Made by a program: the position numbers and the translations under genes. This document shows, piece after piece, positions 63,446-64,000 of a stretch of DNA of 64,000 nucleotides (positions are counted from its first letter, which is position 1; each line of letters starts with the position of its first letter). Source of the stretch: the human T2T-CHM13v2.0 reference genome, Homo sapiens; assembly GCF_009914755.1 (NCBI RefSeq), contig NC_060937.1; one strand, given 5' to 3'. The notes under the pieces are model-generated. The model worked only from the letters and a program-made list of their open reading frames with translations. It had not been told where the DNA came from and did no database searches.

Positions 63446-64000
63446 TTTTTTTTTTAATTATACTTTAAGTTTTATGGTACATGTGCACAACGTGCAGGTT
63501 TGTTACATATGTATACATGTGCCATGTTGGTGTGCTGCACCCATTAACTCGTCATTTAACATTAGGTATATCTCCTAATGCTATTCCTTCCCCCTTCCCC
63601 CACCCCACAACAGGCCCAGGTGTGAGATGTTCCCCTTCCTATGTCCAAGTGTTCTCATTGTTCAATTCCCACCTATGAGTGAGAACATGTGGTGTTTGGT
63701 TTTTTGTCCTTGTGTTAATTTGCTGAGAATGATGGTTTCCAGCTTCATCCATGTACCTACAAAGGACATGAACTCATCATTTTTTATGGCTGCATAGTAT
63801 TCCATGGTGTACATGTGCCACATTTTCTTAATCCAGTCTATCATTGTTGGACATTTGGGTTGGTTCCAAGTCTTTGCTATTGTGAATAGTGCCGCAATAA
63901 ACATACGTGTGCATGTGTCTTTATAGCAGCATGATTTATAATCCTTTGGGTATATATCCAGTAATGGGATGGCTGGGTCAAATGGTATTTCTAGTTCTAG
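63446..64000 (-). mobile_element. L1PA4/5-like 3' end (runs off the window)
   Basis: Antisense 3' UTR and ORF2 C-terminus (..MFSLIGGN*, 63662-63904). Confidence 0.95.

Overview
Primate (probably human or other catarrhine) repeat-dense intergenic or intronic DNA. I found no host protein-coding exon, RNA gene or prokaryotic system. Every long ORF in the track is LINE-1 ORF1/ORF2/ORF0, a retroviral remnant, Alu/LTR read-through or low-complexity sequence. Main contents: (1) a two-LTR class III (ERVL-type) provirus at 30-5109 on the minus strand, with a 5-bp TSD, tRNA-Ser-like PBS, PPT, deleted pol, an env remnant and an AT-rich MER4-group-like block where most of gag should be; (2) two full-length but disrupted L1s (L1PA13-like 6671-14167; L1PA6-like 32043-38229 with a recognisable ORF0); (3) a deleted L1MA containing an Alu-in-Alu; (4) a solo LTR12 splitting an AluJ; (5) many Alu, MIR, L2, MaLR and MER fragments. 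Non-repeat oddities are a perfect 32-bp palindrome, a candidate minus-strand non-coding exon, a TF-motif cluster and a ~400-bp polypyrimidine tract with an internal 101-bp duplication. Subfamily names come from remembered consensus sequences, not a search, and boundaries of old repeats are approximate. I cannot support a new biological system; the mosaic provirus is the most unusual object.
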